A stretch of DNA of 58,947 nt from a virus. Both the position numbers and the translations under genes were made by a program. Within the stretch, counting starts at the first letter, position 1, and each line of letters starts with the position of its first letter. The stretch spans positions 1-58,947 of IMG/VR virus record IMGVR_UViG_3300045988_154888; one strand, written 5' to 3'. The notes below the pieces were generated by a model. It saw nothing but the letters and a program-made list of their open reading frames with translations. It had not been told where the DNA came from and made no database searches. Positions 44,734 to 52,609 of this stretch are shown one piece after another.

Positions 44734-45130
44734 TGTCCTCATCCTCTCCATCGTCATCGTCGAAGATAGCATCAATCAAGCTGGCCAACATTTCCTTGGG
44801 GGACGGTTTGCTCTTTTCCGGCGCGTCCTCTTCTGCCGCGCGGCGCTTTACGGCTTCCTCGCACACCTTGATAACCTCGGCGCTTCCGTTCTCGACCGCC
44901 TTGCTGAAAATCGAATTGGCGATGCTGAACTTGCTATCCAGCAGCTCCCGCATCGTCCCGGCAAGAGCGATGCAATCAGGGTGAATGAAGAGCGGGTCGG
45001 CTCCGGCAATATAGGTGCAGACCCTACCGTCCTTTACGGCGATGATGAGAGCGGCTCCAACCGTCTTGGGCAGATGCTCGGCGGCGTGGGCAAGCAGTTC
45101 GGGGGTCTTGAGAATGTTGCTTTCCTTCAT
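44717..45130 (-). CDS. Hypothetical protein with acidic C-terminus
   Basis: Start at the MKESNILK ATG 45130. Tail DDDDGEDEDNASDT. Confidence 0.45.
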   Translation of the reverse strand: MKESNILKTPELLAHAAEHLPKTVGAALIIAVKDGRVCTYIAGADPLFIHPDCIALAGTMRELLDSKFSIANSIFSKAVENGSAEVIKVCEEAVKRRAAEEDAPEKSKPSPKEMLASLIDAIFDDDDGEDEDNASDT

Positions 45131-45162
45131 GGTGTATACTTCCTTTCTCTGGTCGTTGGTCG

Positions 45163-45522
45163 TTATCCGAAAATCAATCTGCAAATCGCCATGCACAGAA
45201 GCACAATGACGAACATTGCCACAAACACGCAGGAAGCCATCTTGGCATTTTCGTAGCGCTTCTTGCGTTCATCCTCGCGCTGCTTTGCGCGGAGAGCGTC
45301 ATAGTAGAGCTTCTTGAAGCGTTCGTAGCTCGCACGCTCATGGGCGAGCAGCTCATCTGCGCGGTTTAGGTCGCGCCGCATGGAATCCAAGCGCTGCAAG
45401 ACCTCGTTGAAATCTCCCTGCAAATCCTCCCTGACAAGCCCCTGCATGATAGCCTGCCGGAGCCTTTCTTCGCCGTGACCGCGAAGCACAGTAACGGTAG
45501 CGCGCTGTTCCTGTTCAGCCAT
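45163..45522 (-). CDS. Coiled-coil protein with C-terminal TM anchor
   Basis: 119 aa. C-terminal CVFVAMFVIVLLCMAICRLIF. Confidence 0.45.
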   Translation of the reverse strand: MAEQEQRATVTVLRGHGEERLRQAIMQGLVREDLQGDFNEVLQRLDSMRRDLNRADELLAHERASYERFKKLYYDALRAKQREDERKKRYENAKMASCVFVAMFVIVLLCMAICRLIFG

Positions 45523-45576
45523 TTTGGGTCATCCTCCATCCATTCTCGCCAATAGGCGGCACAATCTAACGCCCTA

Positions 45577-46041
45577 TTACGGGGCCTTTGGGGTGTCTGC
45601 TCCCTCCAAGGCGAGCAGGTTGTTCACGCGCTGCGTACTTTGAAGCAGCTCGGTAACAGCTTTCGAAAACCTTTGTGTAAGGGCTGCATCGTCAAGCTGC
45701 CCGTTCGCTCCATCCCGCATGACGGCGGCCTCAATATCCCGGATTTCAGCAACCACGCCATACAGCGACATGATTGAACCCTTGAGGTCGAAGGCTGGCT
45801 GTGCAGGATGAACGCGCCCATAGCTCATGGGGTATTCCGTCCGCATCCAGTCGTACCACTTCGAAGCGTCTCCGAGCGCGAGGCAGATTTCATACATCAC
45901 GTCCGGGTTCGGCTTGAGCTTGCCGTTTTCGTAGCGGTAAATGGTCGTGGTGTCGCAGGAAATGCGTTCCGCGAGGTCTGCGGCGCTTATTCCCTGCGTT
46001 TCTCGCCACTTTTTGAGGTCAATCCCTGCGAACACCGCCAT
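45577..46041 (-). CDS. XRE-family HTH regulator
   Basis: LKKWRETQGISAADLAERISCDTTTIYRYENGK. Confidence 0.7.
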   Translation of the reverse strand: MAVFAGIDLKKWRETQGISAADLAERISCDTTTIYRYENGKLKPNPDVMYEICLALGDASKWYDWMRTEYPMSYGRVHPAQPAFDLKGSIMSLYGVVAEIRDIEAAVMRDGANGQLDDAALTQRFSKAVTELLQSTQRVNNLLALEGADTPKAP

Positions 46042-46042
46042 T

Positions 46043-46489
46043 TCACGCGCCCCGACTTTCGTTTAGAATAACCTCAGATAGATTGAACGCGGCACCTTCC
46101 AAGTGCTCCATGTAACGCACCAAGGTGTTGCGCCACATCTCTCGCACCCACTCGCCGACGCTTGAATAGCCAAAGGCGAGGATGGCCTTACGGAGCGCGG
46201 CGGCTTCCTCGGCAGAGAGCCACTTGCCAAGCTCCGAATCCTGCGGCTGGCTGGCCGCTGCCTCATCGGAAAACAAGGAAGGGAGGTCAACGTCTGTGGC
46301 ATCATACAAATCAGCCGGGGAACATCCGAGCCGGGAGCACATTTCTTTCAAGCACTCTGGTGTCGGAAGCGCCTTGCCGTTGGCGATATATGAAACAATC
46401 GCGGGGTTGCAGTCCTCAACACAGTCTGCAAGAGCTTTTGCCGACATACCGCGTTCAGCGAGAACTGCTTTGATTCTGTTCCGTGCCAT
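46043..46489 (-). CDS. XRE-family HTH regulator
   Basis: IKAVLAERGMSAKALADCVEDCNPAIVSYIANGK. Confidence 0.65.
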   Translation of the reverse strand: MARNRIKAVLAERGMSAKALADCVEDCNPAIVSYIANGKALPTPECLKEMCSRLGCSPADLYDATDVDLPSLFSDEAAASQPQDSELGKWLSAEEAAALRKAILAFGYSSVGEWVREMWRNTLVRYMEHLEGAAFNLSEVILNESRGA

Positions 46490-46501
46490 GCGCGGACCTC
46501 C

Positions 46502-46738
46502 TTATTCCGAAAAGACTTTTTCGCGCAGGAAGTTGTGCGCATCGCAATTGAGGAAATCGGCAATTCGCAGGGCAATGTCAACGTTCGGCATCTGCAATCC
46601 CTTCTCGATGCGATTGTAGAACGTCTCGGAACAACCGGCAGCGTCCGCGACTTCCTTCTGCGTCTTGTTACTGACACGGCGGGCTTTCTCAAGCCAAGTT
46701 CTGTCGCGCACAATCTTGCGCACCTCGCTGGTAGCCAT
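46502..46738 (-). CDS. cro: Cro-like HTH regulator
   Basis: Start at MATSEV (46738). LEKARRVSNKTQKEVADAAGCSETFYNRIEKG. Divergent from the repressor gene. Confidence 0.7.
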   Translation of the reverse strand: MATSEVRKIVRDRTWLEKARRVSNKTQKEVADAAGCSETFYNRIEKGLQMPNVDIALRIADFLNCDAHNFLREKVFSE

Positions 46739-46920
46739 CGTAAACTCTCCTTTCTGCAAAGCTAAACTATTGTTTGGTTGCTTAATTTGTGGTAGAATGA
46801 AGATGGCTACTTGCATTCAGCCGGAAATCAAGCTGTACAAGAGGCTGGAAAGCCTGAACGGATGATGCTTCGCGTTTCAAAATCTCGTATGCGATTGCAC
46901 ATCTCGTATCTTGTAGCTTG

Positions 46921-46966
46921 ATTTTACTACGGATAATTGAACTTGTCAATATGCAAAATTCATAAT
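46921..46966. promoter_or_regulatory. Divergent overlapping switch promoters (leftward P-cro; rightward P-repressor candidate)
   Basis: Minus strand: TTGACA (46944-46949), 17 nt, TAAAAT (46921-46926). Plus strand: TTGAAC (46937-46942), 18 nt, CATAAT (46961-46966). Confidence 0.6.
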
Positions 46967-47005
46967 TTTGAATTTTTCTTGTGTTTCGTGAAAGGATGGT
47001 AAGCC

Positions 47006-47407
47006 ATGACAATCTCTGCCCGTATCTCCAATGCCCTGAAGGAAAAGGGCATTCCTCAGAAAGCCATCGCCGAAGCGGTAGACGTGGCCGCTTCCACGGT
47101 AAGCACTTGGATGAAATCGAACGGCGACAACATTCCGTCCGGCTACATCATGCCGATTTGCCGGTTGTTGGACATGCAGCCGGAAGAACTGCTTGAAGGA
47201 GCCGAGCACAGGGACGTTATCGAAATCATCCCGGATGACTATGTGCAGCTCTCCAAGGCCGAACAGCGCCTCCTGAATATTTTCCGTGGTCTGGACGAGG
47301 AAAGCCAGATTGTCGTTCTCAATGCTGCCGTTATGGAGAAGCGGGCCTCTTCTGCGCAGGGGAATGACGGCGCTCATGAGGGCAAAGAAAATATGGGGGC
47401 AGGCTGA
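47006..47407 (+). CDS. CI-like repressor (XRE HTH)
   Basis: ISNALKEKGIPQKAIAEAVDVAASTVSTWMKSNG. One of the few plus-strand genes, divergent from cro. Confidence 0.75.
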   Translation: MTISARISNALKEKGIPQKAIAEAVDVAASTVSTWMKSNGDNIPSGYIMPICRLLDMQPEELLEGAEHRDVIEIIPDDYVQLSKAEQRLLNIFRGLDEESQIVVLNAAVMEKRASSAQGNDGAHEGKENMGAG

Positions 47408-47457
47408 CATCCTGCGCCCCATATAGGTAAGCTAGTGTAGCTTATACTAGGTACTTA

Positions 47458-47484
47458 GATTATATATATAATAGCTACTGCAGC
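47458..47484. repeat. AT-rich motif copy R3
   Basis: gattatatatataatagctactgcagc shares ATATATAATA-GCTACTGC with R1. About 145 nt upstream of the gene at 47629. Confidence 0.55.
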
Positions 47485-47628
47485 TTATATATTTACTTTA
47501 ATTTAATTGGTATTTCCAAGTATTACTCGTTCGATACAAGCGTAGATACGCTTGCTTTACATGGGTAATTCTATCGTAATACGTGAGTATTACCTTAGCA
47601 TTTCTACGAAGAAGGAGGAAATAAACAA

Positions 47629-48072
47629 ATGGGCAGCGCATGGTGTACAGGCTGCAAAACAGATGTCCCTATCGCCTCTGCTGTCAAAGGATTGCCATGC
47701 CCTCAATGCGGTAAGACAGAGTACGTTATCCTCGCAAGCGACGATGAATCCTCCATCGCCATCAGCGATGCAAAGGCCGAGTTGCTCATGCAGCGTGGGC
47801 AATGGGACGAGGCTGCAAGCGCTTATCGCTCCTGCTTGCCACTCGAACCATCGGAATTGAATCTTCGCATGGCCACGCTTCAATGGCGACGCGACTGTGC
47901 GCAATACATAGACCGGGTGCTGGAAGCGCCCATTCCTCTGCCAGTTTTCAGGCAGGACATTCTCGACCGCTACGATACGTTTGTGGCAGACTGGATAGTG
48001 CAAAGCTATCGTGGCATTCAGCTCGTACCAGATGGGAACACATACAACGTTGTAAGGAGGAACAACCCATGA
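47629..48072 (+). CDS. Zinc-ribbon protein of unknown function (lysogeny-side moron)
   Basis: 147 aa. CTGC...CPQCG. Strong RBS GAAGGAGGAA. The stop overlaps the next ATG (ATGA). Confidence 0.6.
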   Translation: MGSAWCTGCKTDVPIASAVKGLPCPQCGKTEYVILASDDESSIAISDAKAELLMQRGQWDEAASAYRSCLPLEPSELNLRMATLQWRRDCAQYIDRVLEAPIPLPVFRQDILDRYDTFVADWIVQSYRGIQLVPDGNTYNVVRRNNP

Positions 48073-48215
48073 AGAAGATGCTCGCTCTGCTGCTCACGTT
48101 CTCCGTTGTGCAATATGGCTTAATTTTCGGCCAAATTTTCGGGGGGGGGGGGGTACATTCTTCGCCTCAGCCCTCGCTGAAACAGACGTGGAGGAATTTG
48201 AGCTTTCAAGCATGA
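48069..48215 (+). pseudogene. Signal-peptide-encoding 5' fragment of a poly-G-interrupted secreted protein gene
   Basis: MKKMLALLLTFSVVQYGLIFGQIFGGGG. After the G13 tract the frame is lost and the ORF stops at 48215. Confidence 0.6.
48141..48153 (+). repeat. Homopolymeric G13 tract (slipped-strand phase-variation candidate)
   Basis: 13 consecutive G inside the coding sequence. Adding 1 G or removing 2 G fuses 48069 to 48943 in frame. Confidence 0.9.
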
Positions 48216-48943
48216 CTTTAGAGCAACTGAACCAGTTGAAAGCTGCTATTGACGATGAAATCCGCATCAATCACACACCTGACAACGTTGGAAAAGAGGC
48301 TATCCTTGATGCCACAAAGGACATCGTTGAAAAGGCCTTTGCCAATAGGGGCATTACTGTTTCGTGGGCATGGGTTGACTATAAATACACCAAGGATTGG
48401 GATTCATACACGCTTGCTACGCACATCGACTACTACGATGCCAGCAGCGCAAAGGTGAAGCCAGATGTATATGCAGAGGGAAACGTCGTTGACGGCATAT
48501 GCAATCTGACCTTTGTCCAAGTCGGGGATGAAGTGCTGCTCAGCCCGTCATCCCCAGTTCCAAATACGACAACGGGTACGGAGGAAGCGACGGAATCTCA
48601 GCAGGAAAAAGCGATTTCGCTGCAATACGGCGAGCTGTTATCCCTCCATGAACAGGACGGCATCGCTGTTGTAAAAGCAAAAATCGCGCCTTCCTTCTCG
48701 AATAGTGCGACCGTATCCCAGAACTATTACAACATTGAAGCGCTTGTCAAAAAGCATGGCTTCGACAAATACGACGAAGTTCAATACTGGGCAGTTGCGG
48801 ATATGACAGACGGGAGTGAACAAAAAGTGATTTCTTTTACTGTTCCGCACGATGTTCTCACCAAAATAGCTGCCGGGAAGCTGGCTATCAATCAGCTTGG
48901 CAGCTATGTGACTGACCTGTGGGTGCATCAGTCCCTCAGATAA
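48188..48943 (+). CDS. Body of the poly-G-interrupted secreted protein (unknown function)
   Basis: 251-aa ORF (GTG 48188). Its frame is open upstream back through the G tract (..GGGGTFFASALAETDVEEF..). Confidence 0.6.
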   Translation: MEEFELSSMTLEQLNQLKAAIDDEIRINHTPDNVGKEAILDATKDIVEKAFANRGITVSWAWVDYKYTKDWDSYTLATHIDYYDASSAKVKPDVYAEGNVVDGICNLTFVQVGDEVLLSPSSPVPNTTTGTEEATESQQEKAISLQYGELLSLHEQDGIAVVKAKIAPSFSNSATVSQNYYNIEALVKKHGFDKYDEVQYWAVADMTDGSEQKVISFTVPHDVLTKIAAGKLAINQLGSYVTDLWVHQSLR

Positions 48944-48946
48944 GAC

Positions 48947-50191
48947 GTGGCATCCCTCAACTCAACGTCCAAGCGTAAACGGAAAGGAGAGAGGAAAGAC
49001 GGTTTAATTCAGGTATCGCTCCAAATCGGCAGAAAGCCCGATGGCAAGCCAGACCGACGATACTTCTATGGGAAAACCCGTGCTGAAGCGGAACAGAAGC
49101 GTGATGCGTTTAAGGCCAGCCTTTCGCGTGGTATATCTATCGAGCAGTCCATGACCGTCGAGGAATGGTTGAACACCTTCAAGGCCACATACCGCGAAGG
49201 CGTGAACAAGGCATACATCACCAACGACAACGTGCCGTACAATCGCCTTGCGGCAGCCATTGGCAAGATGAAGATTGCAGACGTTAGGGAGGCACATCTG
49301 CAATCGGCGTTGAACCAAACGGCTGGGATGTCATCCTCGACCGTCACGAAGTATCTAAGCGTCATCAAGCGCGTATTCCGTAAGGCAAGGAAGAACCGGC
49401 TCATTGCTGAAGACCCGTCTGAGGACTTAGCTCGCCCTCCATCCGTCAAGGGCAGCCATCGCGCATTGGAGCGCTGGGAGGTTGACCTCATTCTCGAACA
49501 TTGGCATGATTACGGAGTACGTGCAGGGCTATGGGTGTTGCTAATGCTGCTCTGTGGGCTACGGCGCGGTGAAGTCATTGCTCTGCATTGGGAAAGCATC
49601 AACCTCGCAGATAAAACGCTCAAGGTCTGCGAAACGGCGGTGGTCATTGGCAACAAAACAACCATCGAGCAGCGTGCCAAGACGGATGCCGGCCTTCGCA
49701 CACTGCCCATATGCCAGATGCTGTATGACGCATTGCTCACGGTTCCGCAAGAGGAACGGCATGGACTTGTGTGTTTATCGGCAAGGGGTACGCTTCTGAC
49801 GGAAAGTGCGTTCCTGCGTGGCTTCGAATCTTTCACACGGGCAATGGAGCGAATCGCAAACGGCGAGCCGCCCATGCAGCAAGGCCGCAGGACAGACAAA
49901 GAAACGCAGTCCTCCGAATCGGAGAACCGCGTAAGGGTTTCCTTCCTTCCGCACGACATGCGTCACAGCTTCGCAACAGCGCTCTATGACGCGGGCGTGC
50001 CAGTAAAGGCTGCTCAGTATTTTCTTGGACACTCGGACTTGAAAATCACCCTTGAGCTATATACACACCTTTCAAGGGAACGTGCAGCGGCTTCCAACTT
50101 GCAAATGGTTTCTTATCTCGACAACTGGTTGGAGATGAAGAACCTCGACGCTGTGAAAAACGCAGCTTTGGAGGGCGAAATCGAGCTATAA
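48947..50191 (+). CDS. int: Tyrosine integrase
   Basis: 414 aa. The C-terminal catalytic region HDMRHSFATALY...LGHSDLKITLELYTH supplies the R..HxxR..Y residues. Confidence 0.9.
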   Translation: MASLNSTSKRKRKGERKDGLIQVSLQIGRKPDGKPDRRYFYGKTRAEAEQKRDAFKASLSRGISIEQSMTVEEWLNTFKATYREGVNKAYITNDNVPYNRLAAAIGKMKIADVREAHLQSALNQTAGMSSSTVTKYLSVIKRVFRKARKNRLIAEDPSEDLARPPSVKGSHRALERWEVDLILEHWHDYGVRAGLWVLLMLLCGLRRGEVIALHWESINLADKTLKVCETAVVIGNKTTIEQRAKTDAGLRTLPICQMLYDALLTVPQEERHGLVCLSARGTLLTESAFLRGFESFTRAMERIANGEPPMQQGRRTDKETQSSESENRVRVSFLPHDMRHSFATALYDAGVPVKAAQYFLGHSDLKITLELYTHLSRERAAASNLQMVSYLDNWLEMKNLDAVKNAALEGEIEL

Positions 50192-50201
50192 TTTCGCTCT
50201 C

Positions 50202-50223
50202 TGTGGTAAAAATGTGGTAGTAG
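50202..50223 (+). repeat. attP arm-type direct repeat, copy 1
   Basis: tgtggtaaaaatgtggtagtag compared with 50484-50506 tgtggtaaatgtgtggtagtaag. The two copies flank the tRNA-like core. Confidence 0.55.
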
Positions 50224-50319
50224 CTCAAGCGGACGAATAGAAACAGCAGGTTTCCAGACTTTTATTCAATGGTATGAGCCGTTTTTCAGGCTTGTGTGCA
50301 TAAAACGCACATACTGCGT

Positions 50320-50370
50320 GCTTGAATGGGGTTCAAGAGGCCGGAAGTTCGAATCTTCTCACCCAGACCA
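50320..50370 (+). other. tRNA 3' fragment (T-arm, acceptor 3' strand, CCA): probable attP core
   Basis: GGAAG-TTCGAAT-CTTCT T-arm, then CACCCAG-A-CCA ending at 50370. No matching 5' acceptor strand lies upstream. Confidence 0.6.
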
Positions 50371-50376
50371 GCGAAA

Positions 50377-50420
50377 AGACTTGATAGGACAGCGAAAAGC
50401 CTGAATATCAAGTCTTTTTT
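50377..50420 (+). terminator. Rho-independent terminator following the tRNA fragment
   Basis: agacttgata / tatcaagtct stem followed by TTTTTT. Confidence 0.6.
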
Positions 50421-50483
50421 GTTTCCGTTCGGAATACGCAGACAGTTCTCAACGGTGCCAATGCCCGCTTAATGCTCGCTTCG

Positions 50484-50506
50484 TGTGGTAAATGTGTGGT
50501 AGTAAG
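50484..50506 (+). repeat. attP arm-type direct repeat, copy 2
   Basis: See copy 1. The shared context is tcgct(c/t)..tgtggtaaa. Confidence 0.55.
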
Positions 50507-50712
50507 TTTCCTCTGCCCAGCCGCATCAGAAATTCAAATTCTCGTAGACTGTTCAGATTTTCGTTCTGAGCCGTTTCTCTTTTTACCCCTCCACTTATTC
50601 ACGATTGCGCACAGGCAGGCAGGAGCATAGCGTTAAATCCGTTAAAGGTGTGCTTATTCCTTGTGGGCAACGACGGTTGTAATATCGTCCAGCATCAATC
50701 CGCTCCGAGCAA

Positions 50713-51090
50713 TCATTTAGGCCTCTCGGAAACGTTCCAGTCCATGTCATTCTGACAGCCGCAGAAAGTTTGGCTGAAATCAATCAGCCCGGCGCTATCA
50801 ATCTCGGCGCTGTTCCCATGCGAGCAGGTCATGCCTTTCGCAACACCAAACAAACGGCAGACCATCGGACGCACAGAATAGATGGCGCATTTTCTCTGAG
50901 CATCATCCCGAAATACGCACTGCAACGGTTCGTGTTTCCGACGCACCACTTCGCGGGCATAGGAATTGCCCTGCAAATAGTTGCTGATGCGGGCGTAGTC
51001 ATCAATCGTAATCGGCACGGGCCCACAGCACTCGCCGCAATTCACACAACGGGTGTGAGGCGGGATGTAGCGCACATTTACGTCACCCAT
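50713..51090 (-). CDS. YkgJ-like Cys-cluster (zinc/iron-chelating) protein
   Basis: CVNCGECCGP plus further Cys residues. Start at MGDVNVRY. Confidence 0.5.
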   Translation of the reverse strand: MGDVNVRYIPPHTRCVNCGECCGPVPITIDDYARISNYLQGNSYAREVVRRKHEPLQCVFRDDAQRKCAIYSVRPMVCRLFGVAKGMTCSHGNSAEIDSAGLIDFSQTFCGCQNDMDWNVSERPK

Positions 51091-51451
51091 CGTTTTCGCC
51101 CTCCTGTCCAGCATCCATCTTCGCGCCGCACTCACAGCAGTATTTGCTTGTGGGCTTTTCCCAGCTTCCTTCGGTGTGGATTATTTCACCGCAAACCGTG
51201 CAACTCCACTCATCGCCGCCCAAATGCTGCCACCGCCCATGACGTATTTCTTCGCTCTTTGCCAGCATCAAACAGTTCTTGTGATAATTCATTGGCACAA
51301 CGTCCACTGCAGGTATTTTGTCAATGCACTCAACCACAGCTTGGACGATTTTTTGCACACACTCAATATAAAGCGTCTGTATGCCTTCCGGCGCTCTGTC
51401 TGTTCCCTTTGTAACCATTGATTTCAGCACATCCGCATCAATCAGCTTCAT
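51083..51451 (-). CDS. Hypothetical zinc-ribbon protein
   Basis: Start at MKLIDADV, after GCAGGAGG. CTVCG...CCECG. Confidence 0.45.
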   Translation of the reverse strand: MKLIDADVLKSMVTKGTDRAPEGIQTLYIECVQKIVQAVVECIDKIPAVDVVPMNYHKNCLMLAKSEEIRHGRWQHLGGDEWSCTVCGEIIHTEGSWEKPTSKYCCECGAKMDAGQEGENDG

Positions 51452-51687
51452 CGTTTTGCCTCCTGCTTCTGAACGAATTTGTTCCAAACGGCGATGTTCT
51501 CATCCCAGCCACCGAAAATCGAATAGCTCATTCCCCAGCTTGGGGAAAGGCCACAATGCGGGCAGCGAAACCGTCCTTGCACAACAGGATAACCACCGTC
51601 AGCCAGTTTTCCGAGCATAACGCTTCGCATTTCCTTGACAGGGAGTGTGCCGCAAAGGCACGGGGCAATGTTTTCTTCTTCACTCAA
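51448..51687 (-). CDS. Small Cys-rich protein, possibly Lar-like restriction alleviation
   Basis: TTG start at 51687, after AGGAGGGAG. CLCG...CPHCG. Weak assignment. Confidence 0.3.
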   Translation of the reverse strand: MSEEENIAPCLCGTLPVKEMRSVMLGKLADGGYPVVQGRFRCPHCGLSPSWGMSYSIFGGWDENIAVWNKFVQKQEAKR

Positions 51688-52565
51688 AACAGCTCGCTCC
51701 CTCCTACAATCCACGGAAATTCCTGACGGAAGCCGTCTCGCATCAGGTCGCGCAAGCTATCTTTCATGAACACGGGCGTTCCGTATTCCTTGCAGACCTT
51801 CACAATTTCTTCCACCCATTCCCTTTTGGGGACAGTCTTGTGCTTTGAGTTGCCTGTTTCCGCGCCAATGACAACCCATTCCCACCGCCGAAACGTGCTG
51901 TAATCTCCGTTGCTTCCGCTTGCGCTTATGAACCATTCCGGCTCGATAGGCTCAAGAATAGGTTCGACGGATACCCATTCAGCATTGGATTTATACGCGA
52001 CAGCCATCATGGCATCATCAGTCGCAGATGCACCAAACATCATAACCGGCCTGCTTTTTTCGAGATACATTTCCTCCCACGAAGGCATCAAGGATGAGAT
52101 TTTCTCGTATCTGGAGGGAGCTTTCGTTAGGAACAGATACCGATGTTGTGGAGCAGCATCGCACGCTTTCAGGACTTCTGCAATCCACTCGTCTGGCACC
52201 CAATAGCCGAACAGGTCAGCCATGCTGCACACGAAGATGTTGCGCGGCTTCTTCCAACTCTGCGGCTCGTCCAGCCGGTAGCGATGGAAGGTTGGGGAAA
52301 ATCCAAACGGGTACGCAGCGTTAGTTATACTTCCGTCCTTGTTCTTCTGTTCCCACGGATAATCAAGTTCTAACGGTTTTCCCGTTCCTGTCAGCATCCC
52401 ACGCTCAATCAGGTGCCGTTGGCATTGGCATTCTGGGTCATATATTTCTCTCGCCCCAAAACGCTCCGCAATCCTCCGCACATAGCAGTATTCACAGCCA
52501 TGCAGACAGCCGGTGACTGGATTCCAGCTCGCATCGCACCAGTCGATTTTTGTTCTGCTTCCCAT
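51684..52565 (-). CDS. Phage Gp37/Gp68 family protein (DUF5131) with radical-SAM-like CxxxCxxC
   Basis: N-terminal KIDWCDASWNPVTGCLHGCEYCY matches the DUF5131 hallmark. Confidence 0.7.
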   Translation of the reverse strand: MGSRTKIDWCDASWNPVTGCLHGCEYCYVRRIAERFGAREIYDPECQCQRHLIERGMLTGTGKPLELDYPWEQKNKDGSITNAAYPFGFSPTFHRYRLDEPQSWKKPRNIFVCSMADLFGYWVPDEWIAEVLKACDAAPQHRYLFLTKAPSRYEKISSLMPSWEEMYLEKSRPVMMFGASATDDAMMAVAYKSNAEWVSVEPILEPIEPEWFISASGSNGDYSTFRRWEWVVIGAETGNSKHKTVPKREWVEEIVKVCKEYGTPVFMKDSLRDLMRDGFRQEFPWIVGGSELF

Positions 52566-52609
52566 AGCAGCCCCTTTCTGCCCGTGTAGCCGGTAGCACA
52601 GCGTTGTCT

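Noticed and set aside
48141-48153. Treating the G13 tract purely as proof of biological phase variation.
   Set aside because: Not rejected as a finding, but the specific tract length cannot be trusted from a single assembly. Homopolymer miscalls are common, so the OFF state seen here may be an artefact.
50281-50370. A complete tRNA gene next to the integrase.
   Set aside because: Only the T-arm, the acceptor 3' strand and CCA are present. No CTGGGTG-like 5' acceptor strand, D-arm or proper 7-nt anticodon loop could be found upstream. It is interpreted as an attP tRNA fragment.
50595-50783. 62-aa minus-strand ORF in the attP-proximal gap.
   Set aside because: It has no RBS, it overlaps the better-supported YkgJ-like gene end, and its sequence is low-complexity. 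Probably non-coding.
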